Of a stretch of 64,000 nt of DNA, positions 31,255-38,614 are shown piece after piece. The notes beneath the pieces were generated by a model. That model saw nothing but the letters and a program-made list of their open reading frames with translations. It had not been told where the DNA came from and searched no databases. The translations under genes and the position numbers were made by a program. The DNA lies in the IMG/VR virus record IMGVR_UViG_3300044971_002243; one strand, given 5' to 3'. This DNA is from an uncultured virus (IMG/VR IMGVR_UViG_3300044971_002243) (taxonomy: Duplodnaviria > Heunggongvirae > Uroviricota > Caudoviricetes). Position 1 is the first letter of the stretch. Every line of letters begins with the position of its first letter.

Positions 31255-31434
31255 ATGGGTCAAGTGAAGAAGAAGCTAGTAACACAAGTCCAGGAGATGT
31301 ATGAGCAGGGCTATAGCGTAGCGGAGATAGCACAAAGGTACCAGATAAGCCACAATGTAGTAGAGTATGTGCTAGAGGTGCATGGGCATGGGCCAGTAGA
31401 GGCACCCGCTGCGAATACAGAGCCGGGGCAGTAG
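31255..31434 (+). CDS. small helix-turn-helix protein
   Basis: YEQGYSVAEIAQRYQISHNVVEYVL HTH pattern. Confidence 0.55.
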   Translation: MGQVKKKLVTQVQEMYEQGYSVAEIAQRYQISHNVVEYVLEVHGHGPVEAPAANTEPGQ

Positions 31435-31930
31435 AGCAGAGGCAATTGTTCCTAATTATTTGAGCTTAAATAAAAGCCGTTATATGGCCAAAAAGCTACA
31501 ATCAAAGGAACATGCTATTTCAAAGCAACCTTTTCGAGGCACTTCTCGGATTCCTATACTGAGTCGTACCAAATTTTTTTTCGGCCACTAAACTGCTGGC
31601 CACTTTTTTTCTGGGAACTTAATATGCCTGTGACACTTAAAATGCAACCCGCTGAAGCTTCGGCACCGGTACCTACTGAGAAAACACTGGACCCTGGTGA
31701 AGTGATTCTGCCACCAGCCACTGTCAATACAATCACTGAGATTGCCACACTGAATGATTCTGTTGCTAATCCAGAAACTGGCTATGATGGTGCTACACTT
31801 GTCATTGGTGCAATTCTATTCTACTTTCTTATCAAATTGGCATTCAGATTGCTGCCCTGGATTCTTGGTATTGGTGCTGTTATTCTCTTCATGAAAATGA
31901 GTGGGAGTGCTTGACCGGCGATGAAATCGC

Positions 31931-31959
31931 TTGACAATCTTACCGCTTCGGGCTATACT
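31931..31959 (+). promoter_or_regulatory. sigma70-type early promoter
   Basis: TTGACA-17-TATACT. Confidence 0.8.
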
Positions 31960-32271
31960 AGAGTCTGTTGATTGATTGGAGAAATAGCATGATGACATTA
32001 TGGAAACATAACTGGAATTTCACTTCTGTTGCTTTATATGTAAATATCAAAAAAGAAACAGAAAAGGCGATTCAGTTTGAGGCTGCTGATAATCCAAAGT
32101 ATACATTCTGGTTACCGAAGAAAGCCGTGAAGTTTGAAGAGATTGAGGGTTCGCCTATGGCGACTATCGCCCGCTGGTGTACGCCTGGTGAGTGGTACTT
32201 CAAAGCGGCTGAACGTTATGCAAATTGCTACAAAAGATAATTGGCGATTTCGCTTGCGGCAACGAAGTTGC

Positions 32272-32300
32272 TTGACAAAGGTTCCGAGGTTCGCTATACT
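32272..32300 (+). promoter_or_regulatory. sigma70-type early promoter
   Basis: TTGACA-17-TATACT. Confidence 0.8.
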
Positions 32301-32329
32301 GACTGTATAGAAATTGATTGGAGAACGAA

Positions 32330-32653
32330 ATGACTAAGTTGCTAATTACTACACAAGTGTACGAAAACTACGCTTGGCGTGAAGACGGTACGATTGGTAC
32401 GGGTGTTGATGCATACTTCAAACCTAAGGGTGGTGATGAGTATGTCGTGCGTGGCGTCGATCCAGAGCAGGTGTTTGAAGTGCTGGAAAAAGTCGCTTTG
32501 CAAATTGAGCAAGCTAACGATTACTTTCAAGAATTTATCGTCGATACAAAAATTGTCGATGATGACTACCTGACTGAGTATGAGTTGAATCAGTTAGAGT
32601 ATGATGGTCAGATTATGTTTCCTGCGAAAGAATTAACTCTGGAGGCTGTATGA
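32330..32653 (+). CDS. conserved phage hypothetical protein
   Basis: TQVYENY...FKPKGG motif. GGAG SD. Confidence 0.65.
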   Translation: MTKLLITTQVYENYAWREDGTIGTGVDAYFKPKGGDEYVVRGVDPEQVFEVLEKVALQIEQANDYFQEFIVDTKIVDDDYLTEYELNQLEYDGQIMFPAKELTLEAV

Positions 32654-32979
32654 AAAACAATGTGACTGGCGATTTGGCTACTGCGCTGATTGGCTACAAA
32701 GATGCGATTGTTTCGAATTATTACAACAAATGGGCGCCTGATACGGGCGTTGATGTTGATGTGTCTCGCTTTGGTATTGAGTTTGAAGAAGGTAACAAAT
32801 ACGTGAAGATTGTTTCGGTGTCGTGGGGCTCCCGCTCGGTTCATTCGTTTGTTGAAAAGGCTACGGGTGATATCTGGAAAGCAGCTTCGTGGAAAGCGCC
32901 AGCACGAAACTTTGTGCGTGGTAATGTATTCAAACCTGATTCGTATCTGAATCGGACAACATGGACAGGAGTGGTATAA
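32650..32979 (+). CDS. conserved phage hypothetical protein
   Basis: SVHSFV...GDIWKAASWKAPA motif. Confidence 0.65.
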   Translation: MKNNVTGDLATALIGYKDAIVSNYYNKWAPDTGVDVDVSRFGIEFEEGNKYVKIVSVSWGSRSVHSFVEKATGDIWKAASWKAPARNFVRGNVFKPDSYLNRTTWTGVV

Positions 32980-33139
32980 TTATGCTAAAATGGTTTACTA
33001 AAGAAAATCTTCGTGCTGCCATCGGACTTACTTTTGCAGGTCTGATGGTTCTTTGTTTATTCTTGGGCCGAATTGATTTGAGTATCTTTGCAGTGCTGTT
33101 TTTGATTCTGATGGAAATTGAAAAGATGAATGGCAATAA

Positions 33140-33541
33140 ATGAGTCCACATCTTGACAAAGAGTTGTGTGGGAAGTATACTAACATAATGGTCGAGCGGC
33201 ACCTTGGTGCTATGCAAACATCTATGTGTTGGGGCTTCGACCACGGCGACGGCTGGTTTCATATCCTTGATACAGCTATGAAACTGGTGCAGTCACATAT
33301 TGATATTACTCGGCGCCGTGGTCATGAGATTGAACAAGTTGTATTTGAGCAGGTCAAAGAGAAGTTTGGTATGCTGACGATATATCATCGTGGTGGTGAT
33401 GAATATACAAGAGGCATTCTCCGCATGGCAGAAGAGATAAGCCGCTGCACTTGTGAAGAATGTGGCTCACCAGGAACTCCAACAAAGACCGGTTGGATTC
33501 GAACACTGTGTGATAAACACCATGAAGAGATGGGAAAATGA
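33140..33541 (+). CDS. hypothetical protein with C-terminal Zn-binding motif
   Basis: GDGWF, QVKEKFG, CEECG...LCDKH. Confidence 0.65.
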   Translation: MSPHLDKELCGKYTNIMVERHLGAMQTSMCWGFDHGDGWFHILDTAMKLVQSHIDITRRRGHEIEQVVFEQVKEKFGMLTIYHRGGDEYTRGILRMAEEISRCTCEECGSPGTPTKTGWIRTLCDKHHEEMGK

Positions 33542-33865
33542 TGGTTATTGTAAATGCTTTTTTTGCAGTATTATTCTGGAACATGAGTGATGTTGCAAAA
33601 GAAGAAGACCGTTCGGGATGGGCGCTTGTGTATCTGATAGCATCGGCTGCAAATGGTGCTGCCGTTCTTGCTAGTATTTTTTAAGGAGAAGTGAAATGAA
33701 AGAAATGATTTTTGCTGCTGTTGTGTTTTTGATGTTTTTGAGTTTGATGGTATTTTCGATAATTTATAGTGATACCATTCGGATTGATTGTCGAGAGAAA
33801 GCAATGGAAAAAGGTATTTACTCATCGGCTGAAATTCAAGTTCTTTGTAGATAAAGGAGAAAACA

Positions 33866-34342
33866 ATGCCCAATTGGTGCGATAATTCACTGACACTTAC
33901 TCATTCAGATAAATTGAAACTGGATGAATTAGAAGCGGAATTGCAAAAGAAAGAAGATGCTGAACTATTTTCACACTTTAGGTCAAACGGAGGAGAATGG
34001 GATTATGGTTGGTGTTTAGAGAATTGGGGCACCAAATGGGAAGCACGTATCATCGATTGGGAACGTATCGATGAAACAACGATGTTTATTAGTTTCGAAA
34101 CTGCATGGGGCCCACCAATTGCATTGTATGAATACATTGAACAAGAAGAGTGGTCAGTAGAAGGTCTGTATCATGAACCAGGCATGGCTTTTGTTGGCAT
34201 GTACGAGCAGGGCTCAGACAATTATTTTGAGTATGGTGATTTATCTGCTGATGAAATTGAAGAAGAAATACCGGAAGTGTTAGAAGAAACATTTGGTATG
34301 GCACAATACAAGCGTGAATGGGAAGATGAGGAAGAAGAATGA
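33866..34342 (+). CDS. YubB/DUF1281-like ferredoxin-fold protein
   Basis: MPNWCDN, WGTKW, FETAWGPP and YHEPG motifs. Confidence 0.75.
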   Translation: MPNWCDNSLTLTHSDKLKLDELEAELQKKEDAELFSHFRSNGGEWDYGWCLENWGTKWEARIIDWERIDETTMFISFETAWGPPIALYEYIEQEEWSVEGLYHEPGMAFVGMYEQGSDNYFEYGDLSADEIEEEIPEVLEETFGMAQYKREWEDEEEE

Positions 34343-34611
34343 AAGTAATGAAACACGAATGGCATTCAGTAGATTCTCAATGGACATTTGAGATTACAGA
34401 AGACTTTATCGCAGAAGTTTATCCTGAGTTGGAAGAAGATGAAGTCAAACAAAAAATGGAAGCCCTTTCAAGTGGTGAAATAGAAGTATCGGAAATTATG
34501 AATGATGCATGGGATGTTGGTGTTGACATTGATTGGGACCATGAGTATGATGATTGGTGGACATCACGAAAAGGCGGATATGAAGTCACCTATGAGTTGG
34601 AAGAAGAATGA
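34339..34611 (+). CDS. acidic hypothetical protein
   Basis: ORF coupled by an ATGA overlap. Confidence 0.6.
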   Translation: MKVMKHEWHSVDSQWTFEITEDFIAEVYPELEEDEVKQKMEALSSGEIEVSEIMNDAWDVGVDIDWDHEYDDWWTSRKGGYEVTYELEEE

Positions 34612-34991
34612 GTAATTACGGAATTCACTCAAATAGGTTTCAAGGAGATTATAAGCGTGTGCTGACAGTCTGTTCAGCTAACATGCTGCGGTCACCTACA
34701 ATAGCACATGTGTTATCTGCGAATCCGTATAATTTTAATACAAGGTCAGCTGGTACAGAATCATATGCTTTGATTCCAGTCACCGAAGATTTGCTGATGT
34801 GGGCTGATGAAATTGTGTGTGCTGATACGGAACATGCAATGTGGGTACGCAATAAAATGATGACCTGGATGTTAGATAAGCCAATCATCAATCTTGAAAT
34901 TCCTGATAACTATGAGTATCGGAATCCTGAATTGATTAAGTTAATCAAGGAGCGTTATGCACAACGAACTATTAAACCATCTGGCACTTGA
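34608..34991 (+). CDS. low-molecular-weight protein-tyrosine-phosphatase-like protein
   Basis: P-loop CSANMLRS, SAGT, WADEI and IPD motifs. Confidence 0.85.
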   Translation: MSNYGIHSNRFQGDYKRVLTVCSANMLRSPTIAHVLSANPYNFNTRSAGTESYALIPVTEDLLMWADEIVCADTEHAMWVRNKMMTWMLDKPIINLEIPDNYEYRNPELIKLIKERYAQRTIKPSGT

Positions 34992-35201
34992 AACTGGCGG
35001 GAGTCACTTTCCCGCCGTTTTTAAACAATATCAAAAAGACTACGTTTTGAATGTGTTGTCAGAAATATATCAAGTCTATGAAAAAGGTGAGAACAAGCCA
35101 GAAGATTATCTAGCACTGGACCTCTGGGATGATATTGTACGCCATTTCCAACTTGATAATTATGAAATTGATAAGTTGCTAAAAAACAACAAACAAACCG
35201 C

Positions 35202-35230
35202 TTGACAGAGTTCCGACCATTCTGTAGAAT
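35202..35230 (+). promoter_or_regulatory. sigma70-type early promoter preceded by a GTTG-N8-CAAC palindrome (35175-35190)
   Basis: TTGACA-17-TAGAAT. Confidence 0.75.
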
Positions 35231-35263
35231 TATACATGTTGATGATTATTACAGGAGTTTGTG

Positions 35264-35653
35264 ATGGCTTACGTATCTCAAGAGTTGAAAGCAAAACTGG
35301 CACCAAAAATCAAGGCAATCTGCAAAAAGTATGGCGTGAAAGCCAGCCTTGCAGTTCGCCATCATTCGACCCTGGTGTTGAATGTAAAATCCGGTAAGAT
35401 TGATTTTATCAATGACTACGGTGATACGCCAGAAACACGGGCTGATGCTGAGAAATTCGGCATTCAAGTGAATCCCTATCACTACAAAAGCCACTTCAAT
35501 GGTGAAGCTTATCATTTTCTGAGTGAAGTGATTCCAGAAATGAATGCTGGTAACTGGGATAAGTCTGATATTCAAAGTGATTATTTCAATGTTGGTTGGT
35601 ACATTGACGTAAATATTGGTAAGTGGAACAAACCTTATACTCTGGAGGCTTAA
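35264..35653 (+). CDS. conserved phage hypothetical protein
   Basis: AGGAG SD. DYFNVGWYIDVNIGKWNKPY motif. Confidence 0.65.
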   Translation: MAYVSQELKAKLAPKIKAICKKYGVKASLAVRHHSTLVLNVKSGKIDFINDYGDTPETRADAEKFGIQVNPYHYKSHFNGEAYHFLSEVIPEMNAGNWDKSDIQSDYFNVGWYIDVNIGKWNKPYTLEA

Positions 35654-35654
35654 T

Positions 35655-35822
35655 ATGGATCAAATTGATAAAATTATGGCGTTTGAATCAGGTGAACTAG
35701 ACTTTGATGCTACGGTAGAATTGTTTCAAGATTTGATTGATTCGGGTCTGGCGTGGCAATTGCAAGGTTCGTATGGTCGTATGGCAAATTCTCTGATTGA
35801 GAATGGTTATTGTGAGCGATAA
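35655..35822 (+). CDS. conserved phage hypothetical protein
   Basis: GGAGG SD. AWQLQGSYGR motif. Confidence 0.65.
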   Translation: MDQIDKIMAFESGELDFDATVELFQDLIDSGLAWQLQGSYGRMANSLIENGYCER

Positions 35823-35823
35823 A

Positions 35824-36216
35824 ATGAGTGAGCCAAGAATCGTATCAAATCGAATTCGTACTCCTGATGGTACGATTCTTGAATCCATGCATCGGCATGA
35901 TTATGTAACTTATATTGATACAAATGGACTCGAATACATGGTTGATGGCGGCTTGGATTACCTGCGCCGTAATGTACATGATGAAGCACCCGCTGAAGAA
36001 TTATCGGTATATTCCAGTGAATCGCACGATGTAATTCGTGAAGCATTCAAGTGGGGAACACGTGGCAAAGATGGTAGACAGCCTTTGACATATGTACCGC
36101 TGAAAGACTTGACAACAGACCACATTGTGGCTATACTTGAAACTCAAGATCATATTCAGCAATATATCAGAAATATTTTTTTGGATGAGATGATTTTTAG
36201 AACAAAAAATGTATAA
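35824..36216 (+). CDS. conserved phage hypothetical protein
   Basis: SMHRHDY, VDGGLDYLRR and WGTRGKDG motifs. Confidence 0.65.
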   Translation: MSEPRIVSNRIRTPDGTILESMHRHDYVTYIDTNGLEYMVDGGLDYLRRNVHDEAPAEELSVYSSESHDVIREAFKWGTRGKDGRQPLTYVPLKDLTTDHIVAILETQDHIQQYIRNIFLDEMIFRTKNV

Positions 36217-36219
36217 ATA
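36212..36219 (+). promoter_or_regulatory. T4-type late promoter
   Basis: Exact TATAAATA, 5 nt before the leader-peptide ATG. Confidence 0.65.
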
Positions 36220-36224
36220 AGATT

Positions 36225-36320
36225 ATGAACAAACATATACACAATACGAAGCCCTGCCAAGAGTATCGCACATTTAGCGATAATGGATCATGGGCGATTA
36301 CGTTGGGAGTTTGTGTATAG
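36225..36320 (+). CDS. putative attenuator leader peptide containing all 20 amino acids
   Basis: MNKHIHNTKPCQEYRTFSDNGSWAITLGVCV*. Its last codons form the 5' arm of an antiterminator. Confidence 0.75.
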   Translation: MNKHIHNTKPCQEYRTFSDNGSWAITLGVCV

Positions 36321-36382
36321 AAGTTAGTCTGTAGCATAAGATTACACAAACCCCGAAGCCCAAAAAGTTTCGGGGTTTTTTT
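36305..36382 (+). terminator. attenuator: antiterminator (36305-36317 with 36343-36354) overlapping an intrinsic terminator (36348-36382)
   Basis: GTTTGTGTA pairs with TACACAAAC. AAACCCCGAAGC pairs with GTTTCGGGGTTT, ending in a T7 tract. Confidence 0.85.
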
Positions 36383-36384
36383 AT

Positions 36385-36458
36385 CTCGGTGTGGTGAAAT
36401 GGTATCATGCGTGGTTTGGGACCATGCGGCGAAAGTTCGATTCTTTCCACCGAGACCA
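36385..36458 (+). tRNA. tRNA-Pro(TGG)
   Basis: Cloverleaf with CCA. Confidence 0.9.
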
Positions 36459-36493
36459 GAATAATGTGTTGTAAAACAACAACACAAAAATGC

Positions 36494-36522
36494 TTGACAG
36501 TTTGGCGAAATATCTTTATAAT
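36494..36522 (+). promoter_or_regulatory. sigma70-type promoter for the tRNA array
   Basis: TTGACA-17-TATAAT. GTTG-N8-CAAC at 36468-36483. Confidence 0.85.
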
Positions 36523-36543
36523 CGTTTCTGTTGAGTGATTGAA

Positions 36544-36555
36544 GTTCTTTAAAAA
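36544..36555 (+). promoter_or_regulatory. boxA-like antitermination element
   Basis: GTTCTTTAAAAA just downstream of the promoter. Matches rrn boxA GYTCTTTAAnA. Confidence 0.6.
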
Positions 36556-36559
36556 GTGT

Positions 36560-36677
36560 GAATCAAAACAGGTGTGAGCGACCTGTCTCTGAAAAGAGTT
36601 GAGCAAGGGTTTGATGCAGTAATGACTTCGGCATCATGTAATAGTCTGTTCCTTGTTAGTTTGCGAATTTTAGTTTT
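36560..36677 (+). ncRNA. putative structured ncRNA / leader
   Basis: Stems ACAGGT/ACCTGT, CTC/GAG, GCAAGG/CCTTGT and TGATGC/GCATCA. Confidence 0.45.
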
Positions 36678-36679
36678 AT

Positions 36680-36755
36680 GCACCGTTCGTCTATCTGGTT
36701 AGGACAACGCCCTTTCAAGGCGTAAAGACGGGTTCGAATCCCGTACGGTGTACCA
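36680..36755 (+). tRNA. tRNA-Glu(TTC)
   Basis: Cloverleaf with CCA. Confidence 0.95.
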
Positions 36756-36807
36756 AACTTTTAAAAAGGAGAGTCCACATGGACAGTGACAAGAGTAGTA
36801 AGATGAA

Positions 36808-36883
36808 GGGGCTATAGTCAAACGGTTAAGACAGCGGACTTTTAATCCGTCAGGTCAGGGTTCGAATCCCTGTGGCCCCACCA
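36808..36883 (+). tRNA. tRNA-Lys(TTT)
   Basis: Cloverleaf with CCA. Confidence 0.95.
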
Positions 36884-36969
36884 TATAAAAACACATTCAA
36901 ACACATGATGACGCCCGGGGTTATGGAATGTTTTACGACACTCCAAGAATGTGTTTCTATATGGTTTGT

Positions 36970-37043
36970 TGGGATATAGTGTAATGGCAGCACCGCAGAC
37001 TTTGACTCTGTTAGTCTAGGTTCAAATCCTAGTATCCCTGCCA
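36970..37043 (+). tRNA. tRNA-Gln(TTG)
   Basis: Cloverleaf with CCA. Confidence 0.95.
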
Positions 37044-37052
37044 AAATATTAT

Positions 37053-37130
37053 GGCACTTTAGCATAGCTGGCCTAATGCGCTGCCCTGTCACGGCAGAGA
37101 TCACGGGTTCGAATCCCGTAAGTGTCGCCA
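37053..37130 (+). tRNA. tRNA-Asp(GTC)
   Basis: Cloverleaf with CCA. Confidence 0.95.
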
Positions 37131-37139
37131 AAGTTTTAT

Positions 37140-37214
37140 TGCTCGGTAGCACAGCGGTAGTGCAGTTGACTGTTAATCAATTTGTCGTTGGTTCGATCCC
37201 AACCCGAGCAGCCA
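37140..37214 (+). tRNA. tRNA-Asn(GTT)
   Basis: Cloverleaf with CCA. Confidence 0.95.
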
Positions 37215-37216
37215 AG

Positions 37217-37411
37217 TTCCGGTTTCTACTTACCTGAAAGTAGCGGGTGTCACACGTTAGTTAGACCGGTTGGCTAGGCTACCGTTAGCGCAATGCAGAG
37301 CAGAGCACCTAGATATCCGGACACAACCGGTAGCACGATACGCTGAAACAAATGTGGACAGGGTAAAAACTCAGCATAGGGGCGATGACTGGAAATCACG
37401 TAGCCTAAGCA
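37217..37411 (+). ncRNA. putative structured ncRNA (about 195 nt)
   Basis: GC-richer non-coding gap. ACCGGTTG/CAACCGGT, TAGGCTAC/GTAGCCTA and CTACTT/AAGTAG complementarities. Confidence 0.55.
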
Positions 37412-37541
37412 ATATTAGTTTTGCAGTTTGTAAGCCATGGGCTTGATCATGCCTGAGTAACTATGTCTATAAACGGTAAAGAAAGTCCTGCAGGCTACTC
37501 CGTTGAAACATAGCAAATAGTGCAGACTGCAAAACTAATAT
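37412..37541 (+). ncRNA. putative structured ncRNA closed by a 21-bp stem
   Basis: ATATTAGTTTTGCAGTTTGTA pairs with TGCAGACTGCAAAACTAATAT (two G-U). Inner stems CTATGT/ACATAG and ACGG/CCGT. Confidence 0.6.
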
Positions 37542-37626
37542 GGGTTGGAAGCATCAATGGTGATGCAGTGGACTGTAAATCCGCCGTCTTCGGGCACGAC
37601 TGGTTCGATCCCAGTACAACCCACCA
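37542..37626 (+). tRNA. tRNA-Tyr(GTA)
   Basis: Cloverleaf with long variable arm and CCA. Confidence 0.95.
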
Positions 37627-37632
37627 TATTTT

Positions 37633-37707
37633 CGGTCTTTAGTAAAATGGATATTACGGATGGCTACGGACCATCAAGTGGGAGTTCGATTCTCTCAGGA
37701 CCGGCCA
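37633..37707 (+). tRNA. tRNA-Arg(ACG)
   Basis: Cloverleaf with CCA. Confidence 0.9.
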
Positions 37708-37708
37708 A

Positions 37709-37783
37709 GGGGGATTGGTATAGTTGGGAACACATCAGATTTGCATTCTGAAGTAATCGGTTCGAATCCGATATCCTCCACCA
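37709..37783 (+). tRNA. tRNA-Ala(TGC)
   Basis: Cloverleaf with G3:U70 pair and CCA. Confidence 0.95.
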
Positions 37784-37790
37784 TAGTTTT

Positions 37791-37864
37791 GCCCGTTTAG
37801 TTAAATGGTATAACAGTTGATTTGTAATCATCTATTGGCAGTTCGATTCTGTCAACGGGCACCA
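37791..37864 (+). tRNA. tRNA-Thr(TGT)
   Basis: Cloverleaf with CCA. Confidence 0.9.
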
Positions 37865-37882
37865 ATATTATAGTTAAACATT

Positions 37883-38509
37883 ATGATTAAATTTAATGTA
37901 ACTCCTATTTTTCCTAGACCGTTCGCTGAATACACGGTTGATGAAAATATGGATAATTTTTTTGAAGTCGTTAAAAATTTGAAGTATATTTCTCACAAGA
38001 ATACATACTCAAATATTGAAACGACAGAAGATAAACACATATTAGATTCGTTGCCTGAAGTAAAAGAAATCTTTAAAAAGTATTTCTATCATTTCAAAAA
38101 TGAGTTTTTGCATTTTAATGATATAGAGTTTGACATTACCACTTCATGGGCAACTAAAACACAAAAAGGTGGTTTTAGCGCATCACACGCACATTACAAT
38201 AGTTTTTATTCTGGCGTGTATTATTTTGAATCGATGCCCGAAGAGGGTGCTGATGTTATTTTTGAGCGGCCTGAAGAAGTAAGTTCATTTCTTATTCAGC
38301 CCAATGAAATAGTAAATGATGTGACAACGAATTTTTGTTTTTATAAACCTGTTAAAAATACTTTGATATTTTTTCCAAGTTTTCTAAAACATAGAGTAGC
38401 GTTACATGAAATTGATGACATTCGGTATTCGTTGGCATTCAATGTTATTCCTGTTGGAAAATTTGGGTTTCAAGATTCAACTTTGAATGTGCGACTTAAT
38501 AAGAATTAA
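37883..38509 (+). CDS. 2OG-Fe(II) oxygenase superfamily protein (TIGR02466-like)
   Basis: HAH...SGVYY, FPSFLKHRV and RYSLAFN motifs. Confidence 0.8.
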   Translation: MIKFNVTPIFPRPFAEYTVDENMDNFFEVVKNLKYISHKNTYSNIETTEDKHILDSLPEVKEIFKKYFYHFKNEFLHFNDIEFDITTSWATKTQKGGFSASHAHYNSFYSGVYYFESMPEEGADVIFERPEEVSSFLIQPNEIVNDVTTNFCFYKPVKNTLIFFPSFLKHRVALHEIDDIRYSLAFNVIPVGKFGFQDSTLNVRLNKN

Positions 38510-38515
38510 ATTTAT

Positions 38516-38592
38516 AGCGGATTAGGGAAGTGGTCGTTCCCGCCGGTCTCATAAGCCGGAGGTCGCAGGTTCGAATCCTGCATCCGCAACCA
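38516..38592 (+). tRNA. tRNA-Met(CAT), initiator-like
   Basis: Mismatched 1:72 pair and CGCAACCA 3' end. Confidence 0.9.
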
Positions 38593-38614
38593 GTTTTTTA
38601 TTTACGGGTGAAAC

